From Sphyrna mokarran (taxonomy: Eukaryota), in contig JAGIQG010000009.1 of NCBI GenBank assembly GCA_024679065.1, positions 55,552,001-55,616,000 on the forward strand: a DNA stretch of 64,000 nucleotides. Reading direction: 5' to 3'. A model generated the notes under the pieces. That model was not told the DNA's origin. It was given only the letters and a program-made list of their open reading frames with translations, and searched no databases. Position 1 is the stretch's first letter. Each line of letters starts with the position of its first letter. Position numbers and translations under genes: made by a program. Below, piece after piece: positions 60,201-64,000 of the stretch.

Positions 60201-62398
60201 CTTTGAGATTGTTAAAAGTAGATATGAACGCGTGTTAAATAGTGCATAAACTCATTGGAATGGTTAAGAAAGCTGGTTCTCTTTAAATTGCTTGCCCTTT
60301 AAATATTTGAAAAAAACTGTCAGTGTTCAATAAAATTCCATGCTATTTTACTCTACCTGTTGACGTAAACCTGAGGTCTATCATTGCAGTCATGCTAACC
60401 TGTCATTATAATGGAGTGTCTGCCAGTTCACAGTTTGAATGACAGCTCCAAGTAATTATAAAGTTTTTGAAGCGGGACTATGAATGCAAATGCTTGTTTC
60501 TATAAGGGGTTAAATAAAATTAAATGTGATGTGTGGATTTTTATCAATTAAGATGTATTTTTTTGAAATTGTGAATTAATCAACTTATACTTAAGAAATT
60601 AACTTAAACTCAGCACGGACTTTGATGCTTGTCCTTGGTGGACCCTGGATGTGTTGGCATGGAGCATGAAAGGGAAAAAGGATGGTGGGGAGCCTGGGTT
60701 AGAAACTGGGTTTTCTCTGGACCAGATTCTGCAAGGCATTCACCATCCTCCCCATGGGGACCTTGATGCGAGCGCATGTTGCTACCACTTTACCAGCCAT
60801 CAGGTGGACAAACTCCTCCTCCTCACATACTACTTTGTTGGGCACATCTGACACCTCTGCTTGATGCACCCCACTTCTCACTGCACATCCAACATCTTTC
60901 CAGGACTACTCCCAGAAACTTGTCATCAGACTCTGACTTAGCAGGGGCCTTTTCCCCAATAGTTCCCCAGGTATTGGTGACCGTGGTGTCCTATCTCCTA
61001 CTGTGGACTCAAACATATGCTATGACCATGAATGCGACAGCCTGCCCGAACTCCTTTTAATATCTGCAGTAATGTGTCTCTCTGGGCTGGTGGATGCTGC
61101 AGGTGATTGCTGCGATGGCTCAATAGGTGCAATATCATGACTATCATCATCCTCCTCACTCCTCTGCAATGTGGGGCTGGAATAAGATTGAGGCTTCGTG
61201 TCTAAAGGCCTAAACTCTTTCTTGCTAGACCCTGAAATGGAAGGGGGAGAAAACAAATGACTGTATGGCCTGCCTCCAATATAGTACTGAACATTTAGGT
61301 TTCAGTATGAAGACATGAAGCGTGATTCTTTGCTGGATTATGGGCAGACACTGACCTCACTGTGTCCACATCCACAGCCTTGATCCTCATTGCTAGCTCA
61401 AAAGCGCACTCTTTGAATGATGTGAGAAGTTAGAGATTGGGCATGCCCTGTCTTGTCTTCTCTCTCTCACAACTGTTGTACATTAACTTGCCCTAAGCAA
61501 CAAAAAAAAGATGTTTTGACAGCATTTGGGATGCACATGACATTCACATGGTTGCCAATCTTCAGCGACACCCCATTGGCAAATGTGTGTCAATGTAAAG
61601 AATGCAATGCAACTAATCCCTGAGACATTAGCAGCACCCTTGGGGGCTGTGCTCTTGAGAGGAAAGTTGGCACTTGCCACTTTGAAGGAGTGTGGTGATG
61701 GGTGGGCCACCTCTGCTATTCTTTGAAAAAGGGGCATCCTTCTTATCTTCCACTGCATTTGTAGCCACTCATTACTGAATACGGGGGCCAGTCCATCATA
61801 GCTTCTGCACGCTATCTCCTGCTCTGTTATAAACAGTGAGATAAAAGTAACTGTCTGGGTGCCTTTTAAATATACACCTGGATAGGCCTGTAGAGGATGG
61901 TGAGAATGTCACATCTTACCCACTCTGCAATGAGATACATTGGAAAATCCTGTCTCTGTAATTAATGGGCCTAGTATTGTGTGTTTTAGTGCAATTTCTT
62001 GCTGGGCTCCATAACAGCAAACACACTCACTTTCCACCCTGATCATGGGACTTAGGTCCACAGCTGACAATTCCACCTCTGGTATGTGACAAAATTGCAT
62101 CTATTGCAGTATAAAGGAGGCGGTAAAACTTAGTGTGTTTATTAAGCTCACAGCAAGTGGTAATATGAAGATGGTAGCGGATTGATTCTGATCAAATACA
62201 CATAAAATTAAATCAAAAGCCTGTGCTACAAGGACAAACAATTGAGTTGCTTTATGTTTTTAGAATTTGCAATGAAACTGAAAAGTCAATTATACCTAAA
62301 TGTTATGTTGACTTACCATGTACCCTTACCAAATACTCTCGGTCATCATCCCCTGCTGTACTGGAAGCTAGGCAAGTATACCTGCCAGTATCTTGCAC
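157..62398 (-). CDS. HMCN1: Hemicentin-1 (fibulin-6), partial multi-exon gene; 26 coding exons in window (about Ig34 end to Ig44, TSP1 x6, start of G2/nidogen domain); extends beyond both window ends
   Basis: Spliced minus-strand translation gives tandem I-set Ig repeats, six TSP1 repeats, then [15 protein letters not shown]...[27 protein letters not shown], the HMCN1 G2 domain. All exons have GT-AG ends with matching phases. Six TSP1 repeats separate HMCN1 from HMCN2. Confidence 0.96.
873..1022 (-). CDS. HMCN1: HMCN1 exon, G2 domain start (150 bp)
   Basis: tttcag|GT GGT CCT CAG CGT...AGC ATT G|gtaagt; [27 protein letters not shown]. Confidence 0.94.
2231..2401 (-). CDS. HMCN1: HMCN1 exon, TSP1 repeat 6 (171 bp)
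   Basis: gtccag|TG GAT GGA AAT TGG...TGT CCA G|gtttgt; [20 protein letters not shown]. Confidence 0.94.
2600..2730 (+). mobile_element. Ancient CR1/L2-group LINE 3' relic
   Basis: Translates [15 protein letters not shown], matching the SFFPRTxxLWNSLP C-terminal motif. Confidence 0.5.
2733..5755 (-). mobile_element. Young 5'-truncated CR1-clade LINE with uninterrupted ORF2 and ~480-nt 3' UTR ending in A9
   Basis: ORF 3212-5782 has APE motifs (YYRPP, VVGDFN, LDLVL, SDH), RT motifs ([28 protein letters not shown]) and the CR1 C-terminus ([19 protein letters not shown]). 3' UTR 2733-3211 is shared with the copy at 16937. Confidence 0.95.
3212..5755 (-). CDS. CR1 ORF2 endonuclease-reverse transcriptase, N-terminally truncated
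   Basis: No stops or frameshifts over about 850 codons. Begins mid-APE domain (ESLWVELRN). The ORF-track start at 5782 is a TTG that appears to lie in flanking DNA. Confidence 0.88.
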   Translation of the reverse strand, partial: CRLEMESLWVELRNRKGVVTLLGVYYRPPNSPRAVEEGICRDILDKCRKNRVVVVGDFNFPGVDWSVPRAVGVDGEEFVQCVLEGSLEQYVDGPTRDGAILDLVLGNEPGQVVGVKVGEQVSNSDHNSVCFRILMEKDETGPKGKVFNWGRARYGQIRQDLKDTDWDKLFEGRSTRYMWESFKGKLNSLQERYVPARRKDGKGRIREPWLTREIEDLIKKKREAYIRSRQLGTETALEAYRECRRDLKRGIRKAKRGHEVALAGRIKENPKTFYTYVGSKRMVRGKIGPVRDRGGDLCLEPEGMGEILNEYFASVFTQETGQMSVPDVDKVEDRLREIRITRKEVLGLLGSLKTYKAPGPDGIYPRLLRELREDLAGPLTQIFVSSLDTGEVPEDWRIANVVPLFKKGQRDHPGNYRPVSLTSVIGKLMERILRDRMYEHLERCDLIRDTQHGFVKGKSCLTNLVEFFEEVTKTVDEGQAVDVVYMDFSKAFDKVPHGRLIEKVKAHGIQGRVCRWVENWLGRRRQRVVVEGSFSGWKPVTSGVPQGSVLGPLLFVVYINDLEVGVGGEISKFADDTKMLGLAGTEEQCQAIQQDIDRLVDWADRWQMEFNPDKCEVMHFGRKNVEESYRIKGKTIRSIETQRDLGVQVHKSLKVSSQVEKVIKKAYSMLAFIEKGIEYKSRSLMLQLYRTLVRPHLEYCVQFWSPYYRKDVESLERVQRRFTRMLPGMEGLSYEERLDRLGLFSLERRRLRGDLIEVYKIIRGIDRVNGGKLFPPLEMDRTRGHGHRVRGAMYRTNIRGQFFTQRVVGVWNALPSKVVGAGTLGLFKGLLDSHMSGMQIEGYSRTV
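6260..7990 (-). mobile_element. Decayed L1-clade LINE (ORF1 remnant and 3' fragments)
   Basis: Minus strand 7440-7710 reads MEERIVTVE...[22 protein letters not shown], matching L1 ORF1 LENRxRRxNIRIxGLPEG. T-rich 3' end near 6260-6300. Confidence 0.6.
8924..9094 (-). CDS. HMCN1: HMCN1 exon, TSP1 repeat 5 (171 bp)
   Basis: ctttag|TC CAT GGA AAC TGG...CCA G|gtgagc; [28 protein letters not shown]. Confidence 0.94.
10247..10417 (-). CDS. HMCN1: HMCN1 exon, TSP1 repeat 4 (171 bp)
   Basis: tttaag|TG GAT GGA AAA TGG...CCA G|gtgagt; [20 protein letters not shown]. Confidence 0.94.
10870..11700. mobile_element. Decayed PIF/Harbinger DNA transposon (nuclease on +, Myb/SANT on -)
   Basis: + strand 11198-11284 reads [20 protein letters not shown] (Harbinger nuclease CGISQSAAHRCIxxVTDALF). 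Minus strand ~11560-11620 reads [13 protein letters not shown] (Myb/SANT-like). Confidence 0.6.
12271..12441 (-). CDS. HMCN1: HMCN1 exon, TSP1 repeat 3 (171 bp)
   Basis: cttcag|TT GTT GGT GGC TGG...CCA G|gtaagc; [20 protein letters not shown]. Confidence 0.94.
12666..12977 (-). mobile_element. L2/CR1-group LINE 3' fragment sharing its tail with the second SINE family
   Basis: Minus strand reads [30 protein letters not shown]. 3' end ...AATATTGGGCTAGCCAGCAATTCCCATGTCCTGGGAAGG resembles the SINE tails at 47600-47656 and 33378-33440. Confidence 0.65.
14239..14409 (-). CDS. HMCN1: HMCN1 exon, TSP1 repeat 2 (171 bp)
   Basis: ctttag|TG GAT GGC AGC TGG...CCA G|gtatca; [20 protein letters not shown]. 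Confidence 0.94.
14989..15313. repeat. Degenerate ~34-bp tandem array, about 10 units
   Basis: Units such as catgctggtcaatatttacagtgtaccttgatag and catgttgatcaatatttgcagcgttccctaacag. Confidence 0.85.
15641..15957 (-). mobile_element. HE1-type V-SINE, full length
   Basis: tRNA-like head (GGCGCGGTAGCACAGTGGTTAGCACTG...GTTCGATTCC), V-domain (GGGTTTCCTTCGGGTGCTCCGGTTTCCTCCCA), CR1-like tail. Confidence 0.9.
15961..16115. repeat. Continuation of the ~34-bp array, about 5 units
   Basis: catgatagttgatatttacggtgttccctgacag and similar units, same consensus as 14989-15313. Confidence 0.8.
16470..16740 (+). mobile_element. L2-like LINE fragment
   Basis: Pyrimidine-rich decayed L2-type ORF2 sequence; no clean reading frame. 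Confidence 0.4.
16755..16925. repeat. Purine-rich (GA) low-complexity tract
   Basis: gagaggagggatgggaaggtggagagaagagaagagag... Confidence 0.6.
16937..17744 (-). mobile_element. Second, shorter 5'-truncated copy of the young CR1 (ORF2 C-terminus plus full 3' UTR)
   Basis: Near-identical to 2733-3543: same C-terminal peptide, same A9 tail; I saw only about four differences. Confidence 0.95.
18028..18972 (-). mobile_element. Older CR1 LINE 3' fragment with frameshifts and short 3' UTR
   Basis: [32 protein letters not shown]. Tail GGGCCTGTTCCTGCGCTGTACTGTTCTATGTTCT. Confidence 0.9.
19142..19312 (-). CDS. HMCN1: HMCN1 exon, TSP1 repeat 1 (171 bp)
   Basis: cctcag|TG CAT GGT GGA TAT...CCA G|gtacat; [20 protein letters not shown]. 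Confidence 0.94.
19476..19740 (-). mobile_element. Old CR1 3' end fragment
   Basis: Repetitive cataggatcataagaaatag tail and gaattccaaagattcacaatcctttgag (reverse of RVVNLWNSL region). Confidence 0.7.
20271..20540 (-). CDS. HMCN1: HMCN1 exon, last Ig domain (270 bp)
   Basis: ccctag|GT CCC CCA GTA TTC...GTG CAA G|gtgagt; [16 protein letters not shown]...[15 protein letters not shown]. Confidence 0.94.
21130..21960 (-). mobile_element. Decayed RTE-clade LINE 3' part
   Basis: [23 protein letters not shown] matches RTE TxYxRHLKxLExFHQRCLRKILxI. Confidence 0.65.
22860..23290 (-). mobile_element. Decayed PIF/Harbinger transposase (nuclease) fragment
   Basis: [13 protein letters not shown], frameshift, [28 protein letters not shown], then a decayed FPQVxGAIDCTHV motif. 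Confidence 0.75.
24880..27082 (-). mobile_element. Internally deleted LTR retrotransposon (probably Gypsy) with two diverged LTR-like direct repeats
   Basis: Direct repeats ~24905-25068 and ~26918-27082 share aatgagctat...tgtttagg...tcatgtgccttcttacatca...cccacattaac. Right repeat starts TG on the minus strand. Decayed coding-like interior. Confidence 0.6.
27112..27516 (+). mobile_element. CR1 3' fragment
   Basis: [15 protein letters not shown]...VVNLWNSLP; tail cctgctcctagttcttatgttatgtt. Confidence 0.9.
28580..28661 (-). CDS. HMCN1: HMCN1 exon, Ig C-terminal half (82 bp)
   Basis: ctctag|AAT GAA GAT GCA GGG AAT TAT AAG TGT...CTC CAG A|gtaagt; [27 protein letters not shown]. Confidence 0.92.
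29931..30121 (-). CDS. HMCN1: HMCN1 exon, Ig N-terminal half (191 bp)
   Basis: ccgcag|AG CCT CCA ATT TTT...ACA GTG|gtaagt; [28 protein letters not shown]. Confidence 0.93.
31110..31244 (-). CDS. HMCN1: HMCN1 exon, Ig C-terminal half (135 bp)
   Basis: ctacag|CC CAA TAT GAC...GTC AAA G|gtgaat; [33 protein letters not shown]. Confidence 0.92.
31418..31860 (-). mobile_element. Old CR1 3' fragment
   Basis: Decayed reverse-complement CR1 3' ORF and UTR motifs. Confidence 0.5.
32496..32709 (-). CDS. HMCN1: HMCN1 exon spanning an Ig/Ig junction (214 bp)
   Basis: catcag|CCT GAT GAC ACT GGT...ATA CCT G|gtaaga; [11 protein letters not shown]...[27 protein letters not shown]. Confidence 0.93.
33378..33704 (-). 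mobile_element. tRNA-derived SINE (second shark family), minus copy
   Basis: Homologous to 47287-47656 in reverse (GGAGGCAATGGCATG...GGTTCATTAATTCCTTTTAGGGAAGGAAATCT...AATAAATGCTGGCCTAGCCAG). Confidence 0.8.
34038..34411 (-). mobile_element. SacSINE1-like DeuSINE
   Basis: Head CTTAGCTGGTAGAACTCTC...GAGTCAGAAAGTTGTGTGTTCAAATCC; Deu-like TTTCAAATGAGATATTAAA...GTAAAAGATCTCAT; L2-type tail GAAGCACCTTGGGATG...AAAGGCACCAATAAATGCA. Confidence 0.75.
34621..34811 (-). CDS. HMCN1: HMCN1 exon, Ig N-terminal part (191 bp)
   Basis: gtacag|TT CCA CCA TCC ATC...ACA ACG|gtaaga; [27 protein letters not shown]. Confidence 0.93.
35900..36169 (-). CDS. HMCN1: HMCN1 exon, complete Ig (270 bp)
   Basis: tttaag|TG CCT CCA GTT...GTT CAC A|gtgagt; [11 protein letters not shown]...[14 protein letters not shown]. 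Confidence 0.94.
36550..37520. repeat. CA/CT-rich degenerate low-complexity region
   Basis: Runs of cacacac and ctctct; source of spurious His/Thr/Leu/Ser-rich ORFs. Confidence 0.8.
37700..38120 (-). mobile_element. Old CR1 3' fragment
   Basis: tctgcctccaccacactctcaggcagtgcattccagatc is the reverse of IWNALPExVVEA. Confidence 0.75.
38437..38571 (-). CDS. HMCN1: HMCN1 exon, Ig C-terminal half (135 bp)
   Basis: atacag|GA GGG GAT TAC...GTG CAG G|gtaagt; [33 protein letters not shown]. Confidence 0.92.
38715..39022 (-). mobile_element. HE1-type V-SINE
   Basis: Tail, V-domain (ggaggaaaccagagcacccagaagagacccatgcagacatgaggagaatgtgcaaactcc) and tRNA-like head, as at 15641. Confidence 0.88.
39159..39296 (-). 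CDS. HMCN1: HMCN1 exon, Ig N-terminal half (138 bp)
   Basis: acccag|AA CCT CCT GTC ATT...ACA GCA G|gtaaaa; [27 protein letters not shown]. Confidence 0.92.
40498..40704. mobile_element. Penelope-like element terminal fold-back with hammerhead-ribozyme motifs
   Basis: Arms 40537-40618 and 40624-40704 are imperfect reverse complements. Core CTGAAGA(40624)-stem II-GAAA(40645). Confidence 0.75.
41500..43380 (+). mobile_element. Decayed Gypsy LTR retrotransposon interior
   Basis: [25 protein letters not shown] near 41720-41800 matches Gypsy gag RFxRYRxASGLxxKxxxxQVxTLIY; heavily decayed downstream. Confidence 0.55.
44499..44606 (-). CDS. HMCN1: HMCN1 exon, Ig C-terminal half (108 bp)
   Basis: attcag|GA ACT ATC GAT...GTA CAA G|gtaggc; [24 protein letters not shown]. 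Confidence 0.92.
45075..45245. mobile_element. Decayed Penelope terminal fold-back relic
   Basis: ctggaaatctgaaac...cagcatctga...atttatcag/ctgataaat centre...agatactgctagacttgctgtg, related to 54358-54491. Confidence 0.5.
45278..45442 (-). CDS. HMCN1: HMCN1 exon, Ig N-terminal half (165 bp)
   Basis: atttag|TT CCC CCT TCA ATT...TCC ACA G|gtagta; [27 protein letters not shown]. Confidence 0.92.
45718..46128 (+). mobile_element. CR1 RT-region fragment
   Basis: CEVMHFRR...RDLGVLV...[21 protein letters not shown]. Confidence 0.85.
46674..46795 (-). CDS. HMCN1: HMCN1 exon, Ig C-terminal half (122 bp)
   Basis: ctgcag|A CTG CTT TCC TCT GGT...GTA CAA G|gtaggt; [29 protein letters not shown]. Confidence 0.92.
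47287..47656 (+). mobile_element. tRNA-derived SINE (second shark family), plus copy with A tail
   Basis: A-box-like GGCCTAGTGG, B-box-like GGGTTTAAATCCC, tail AATAAATACTGGCCAG...CCCAAGAATAAATT followed by A10. Confidence 0.85.
47720..47848 (-). mobile_element. HE1 V-SINE 5' fragment
   Basis: GGCGGCACGATGGTACAGTGGTTAGCG head plus partial V-domain. Confidence 0.75.
49184..49297. repeat. 114-bp perfect direct repeat, copy 1
   Basis: Identical to 50135-50248. Confidence 0.95.
49524..49680 (-). CDS. HMCN1: HMCN1 exon, Ig N-terminal half (157 bp)
   Basis: tcctag|TT CCT TCA TCT ATT...TAC AG|gtgatt; [27 protein letters not shown]. Confidence 0.92.
49860..49992. mobile_element. Short MITE-like relic, probably Harbinger-related
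   Basis: gggcatgattttcc...ggaaatcctgccc inverted termini; similar ends near 59335-59349 and 61942-61953. Confidence 0.45.
50135..50248. repeat. 114-bp perfect direct repeat, copy 2
   Basis: Identical to 49184-49297. Confidence 0.95.
51192..51319 (-). CDS. HMCN1: HMCN1 exon, Ig C-terminal half (128 bp)
   Basis: cactag|G TAT TCA TTC TTG...GTC TAC G|gtaaat; [31 protein letters not shown]. Confidence 0.92.
51784..52230 (-). mobile_element. Penelope-like element 3' fragment (decayed ORF C-terminus plus hammerhead-bearing terminus)
   Basis: Minus strand near 52150-52220 resembles the PLE C-terminal LIFRLGTLxPxGLNxE motif ([15 protein letters not shown]). CTGAAGA-AAGGTCCTTGATCT-GAAA at ~51813-51839. 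Confidence 0.65.
52330..54900 (-). mobile_element. Old, fragmented CR1 LINE
   Basis: Decayed [24 protein letters not shown] and QDWMLHI motifs across several frames. Confidence 0.75.
54358..54491 (+). mobile_element. 134-bp Penelope-derived hammerhead-bearing insert with 10-bp TSD
   Basis: atcatatttt at 54348-54357 and 54492-54501; insert starts CTGATGA...GAAACGTT. Confidence 0.75.
54985..55303 (+). mobile_element. HE1-type V-SINE, full length
   Basis: GGCAGCATGGTGGCACAGTGGTTAGCACTG head, GGTTCAAATCC B-box, V-domain, tail ...CTTCTGCACTGCAGGGATTCTATG. Confidence 0.9.
55480..55624 (-). CDS. HMCN1: HMCN1 exon, Ig N-terminal half (145 bp)
   Basis: atacag|TT GCT CCA ACA ATA...CTG CG|gtcaga; [27 protein letters not shown]. 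Confidence 0.91.
56616..56757 (-). CDS. HMCN1: HMCN1 exon, Ig C-terminal half (142 bp)
   Basis: ttgcag|GCC ACC CCC CGT...GTA AAT G|gtaagt; [36 protein letters not shown]. Confidence 0.92.
57590..57860 (+). mobile_element. L2 LINE 3' fragment
   Basis: ccttcagctgcc...ctggaattct...ctccttcaagacacaccttaaaaac...tttgaccaa...gaagcaccttggacc. Confidence 0.6.
58306..58442 (-). CDS. HMCN1: HMCN1 exon, Ig N-terminal half (137 bp)
   Basis: tttcag|TC CCA CCA AAC ATT...TTA CAG|gtaaat; [33 protein letters not shown]. Confidence 0.92.
59615..59851 (+). mobile_element. CR1 3' fragment
   Basis: [16 protein letters not shown]; tail ctactcctgcttctatttcttatgttcttatg. Confidence 0.88.
60650..61800 (-). mobile_element. 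Decayed Harbinger Myb/SANT gene remnant
   Basis: APVFSNE...[11 protein letters not shown] (61730-61790), [30 protein letters not shown] (61390-61485), then an acidic Ser/Pro-rich segment. Confidence 0.65.
62317..62398 (-). CDS. HMCN1: HMCN1 exon, Ig C-terminal part (82 bp)
   Basis: tggcag|GTG CAA GAT ACT GGC AGG TAT...GTA CAT G|gtaagt; [27 protein letters not shown]. Confidence 0.92.
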
Positions 62399-62879
62399 CT
62401 GCCAAGGAAAGAATACAAACATCTTAAACTAAACTGCACTTAATTTTTTATGATGTCATTCCTTTGTCACGATGCTTTTTGTTATGTTACAACAAAGCCC
62501 ATACTAACAGAAAAGGTTGCTGAAATGATAGTGCACTGAATTTTGCCAAGTGAATCGAGAGTACCTGAAAGAGATAATCTCATGTTACTTCAACACAACT
62601 GCCAATGAGAGAAACTCCTAATAATTTATAATGCTTTTAATCGTATTGAAGAACAAATTACTCGTTCAGGTACCATGAGGGAGCCTCTGTGTGGCTGACT
62701 GGAGAATGATGCTCAGCACTTGGTACTGAATCATAACACCAGTCATGCTTTTTCAGCTAAGCTGTAAAGAAGTAGTGGTCTCAAACTAATACCTACAGTA
62801 AAGAGTTCTCATATGTCTGAACTAAATCTTTCACTGCTCTCAACTCAAATTTAAACTCTGATCAGATTTGGTATGGTCA

Positions 62880-64000
62880 TGTTATAGAACATTTAAAGAG
62901 AAAAATCTAGCCATTGAGCCTGTTCCATCATTTAATATGATCATAGCTGATCTCATCTTGGCCGTGACTCTATTTTCCAGCCCGTTCACCACAGCCCTTC
63001 AAACCCTTCCTTACTAAAAAATCTATCTACCTCTTCCTTAAATTTATGCTAACTCCCAGCATCCATCACGCTATGAGGTACTGAATTTCTCAAATTCACA
63101 ATCCTTTGATAGCAATAACGGGCACCATTACCTCTACAATTCTCTGGGAGCCAGATTTCCAATGCCATCAGCTCCGCAGCAGAAATTGGTTTGGAGCTGC
63201 ATAAATTATGGTAATACACATCTGATTCTATTTTATATCCCATTAGCAAGTGCAGGATTGAAGTCTCTGGGCCCGCTAGTGTCTCACCCTGCCAGGAGTG
63301 GTTCGCTCCAACGGAGTTTAATATAGCTCTGCACTTGTGAGAAGCTGGCAGCTGGATCCTGCTGGAGTGAAGGGGAGAGGGGCAACTGAGACCTCCTCAG
63401 AGTGTTAAGGATAAGGGGATGCCCCCTAGGCATTGCCACCATGGCAGTGCCAGCCTGACCCCTTGGCACTGCTCAGGTGCATCTTGGCAATGCTTTCTGG
63501 GCATGTGGCAGTCCCAAGGGGGAGGGGCCTAAAGGGGAATTCCACTGCCACACTGCATAAGGAATGCGAGCAAAGGAGGGAGGTTGGCGACTGGGGCTGG
63601 GCATCGGGGTGGGAGTGTTGGGGTGAGGAGATCAAGGCAAGCCAGATTGGAGGGGGGAGGGAAGGCGGGTCGTAACTGGCCCAGATATGTTCTTGTGGTC
63701 AGCAATTGGGTTGTGGTGGACTCAGAGGGGCAATGATGGAGGGTGCCATGCCATAATTTCTCCTCATCTTTGTTTTAAATCTGCGTATTTTAGCCTAAAA
63801 CCATGACCTCTTGTTCTAGATTGTCCTCCACATCAACTTTGTCAATCCCCTTATCATCTTGTACACCTGAATTAGATGTCTTCTTATTCTTTTGAGCTCC
63901 ATGGACTATAGGCCTAAACTGCCATATCTGTCTTCATAAGTCAAACCCCTTAAACTCTGGAATCAGTCTATTGAACCACCTCTGAACTGCATCCCTCCTT
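62880..64000 (-). mobile_element. Old CR1 3' fragment split by a GC-rich insertion (~63110-63790)
   Basis: RIVNLRNSVPHSVMDAGS at 63049-63110; CR1 resumes at ~63795 (ccatgacctcttgttctag...tcatcttgtacacctg). Confidence 0.65.

Noticed and set aside
157-62398. HMCN2 assignment, missing exons, or U12/non-canonical introns
   Set aside because: Six TSP1 repeats indicate HMCN1; exon phases chain without gaps; all junctions are GT-AG with no U12 donor consensus.

Overview
Eukaryotic, intron-rich vertebrate DNA, almost certainly from a cartilaginous fish (shark), judged from HE1-type V-SINEs, a SacSINE1-like DeuSINE, CR1 LINEs and Penelope and Harbinger relics. The whole window lies inside a hemicentin-1 (HMCN1) gene on the minus strand. 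I traced 26 GT-AG coding exons (157-62398, 4126 nt, about 1375 aa, phases consistent). They encode the end of one Ig domain, ten complete Ig domains, six 171-bp TSP1 exons and the start of the nidogen G2 domain. The introns are full of transposon relics. Most notable: (1) a very young CR1 LINE in two near-identical copies (2733-5755, 16937-17744) whose ~480-nt 3' UTR holds a V-SINE V-domain without a tRNA head, a predicted structured block, AT palindromes and an A9 tail; (2) Penelope-derived hammerhead-ribozyme motifs, including a fold-back copy and a 134-bp insert with a 10-bp target-site duplication starting at the catalytic core; (3) a perfect 114-bp direct repeat bracketing one HMCN1 exon. 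Repeat family names come from recalled consensus motifs, not database searches, and repeat boundaries are approximate.
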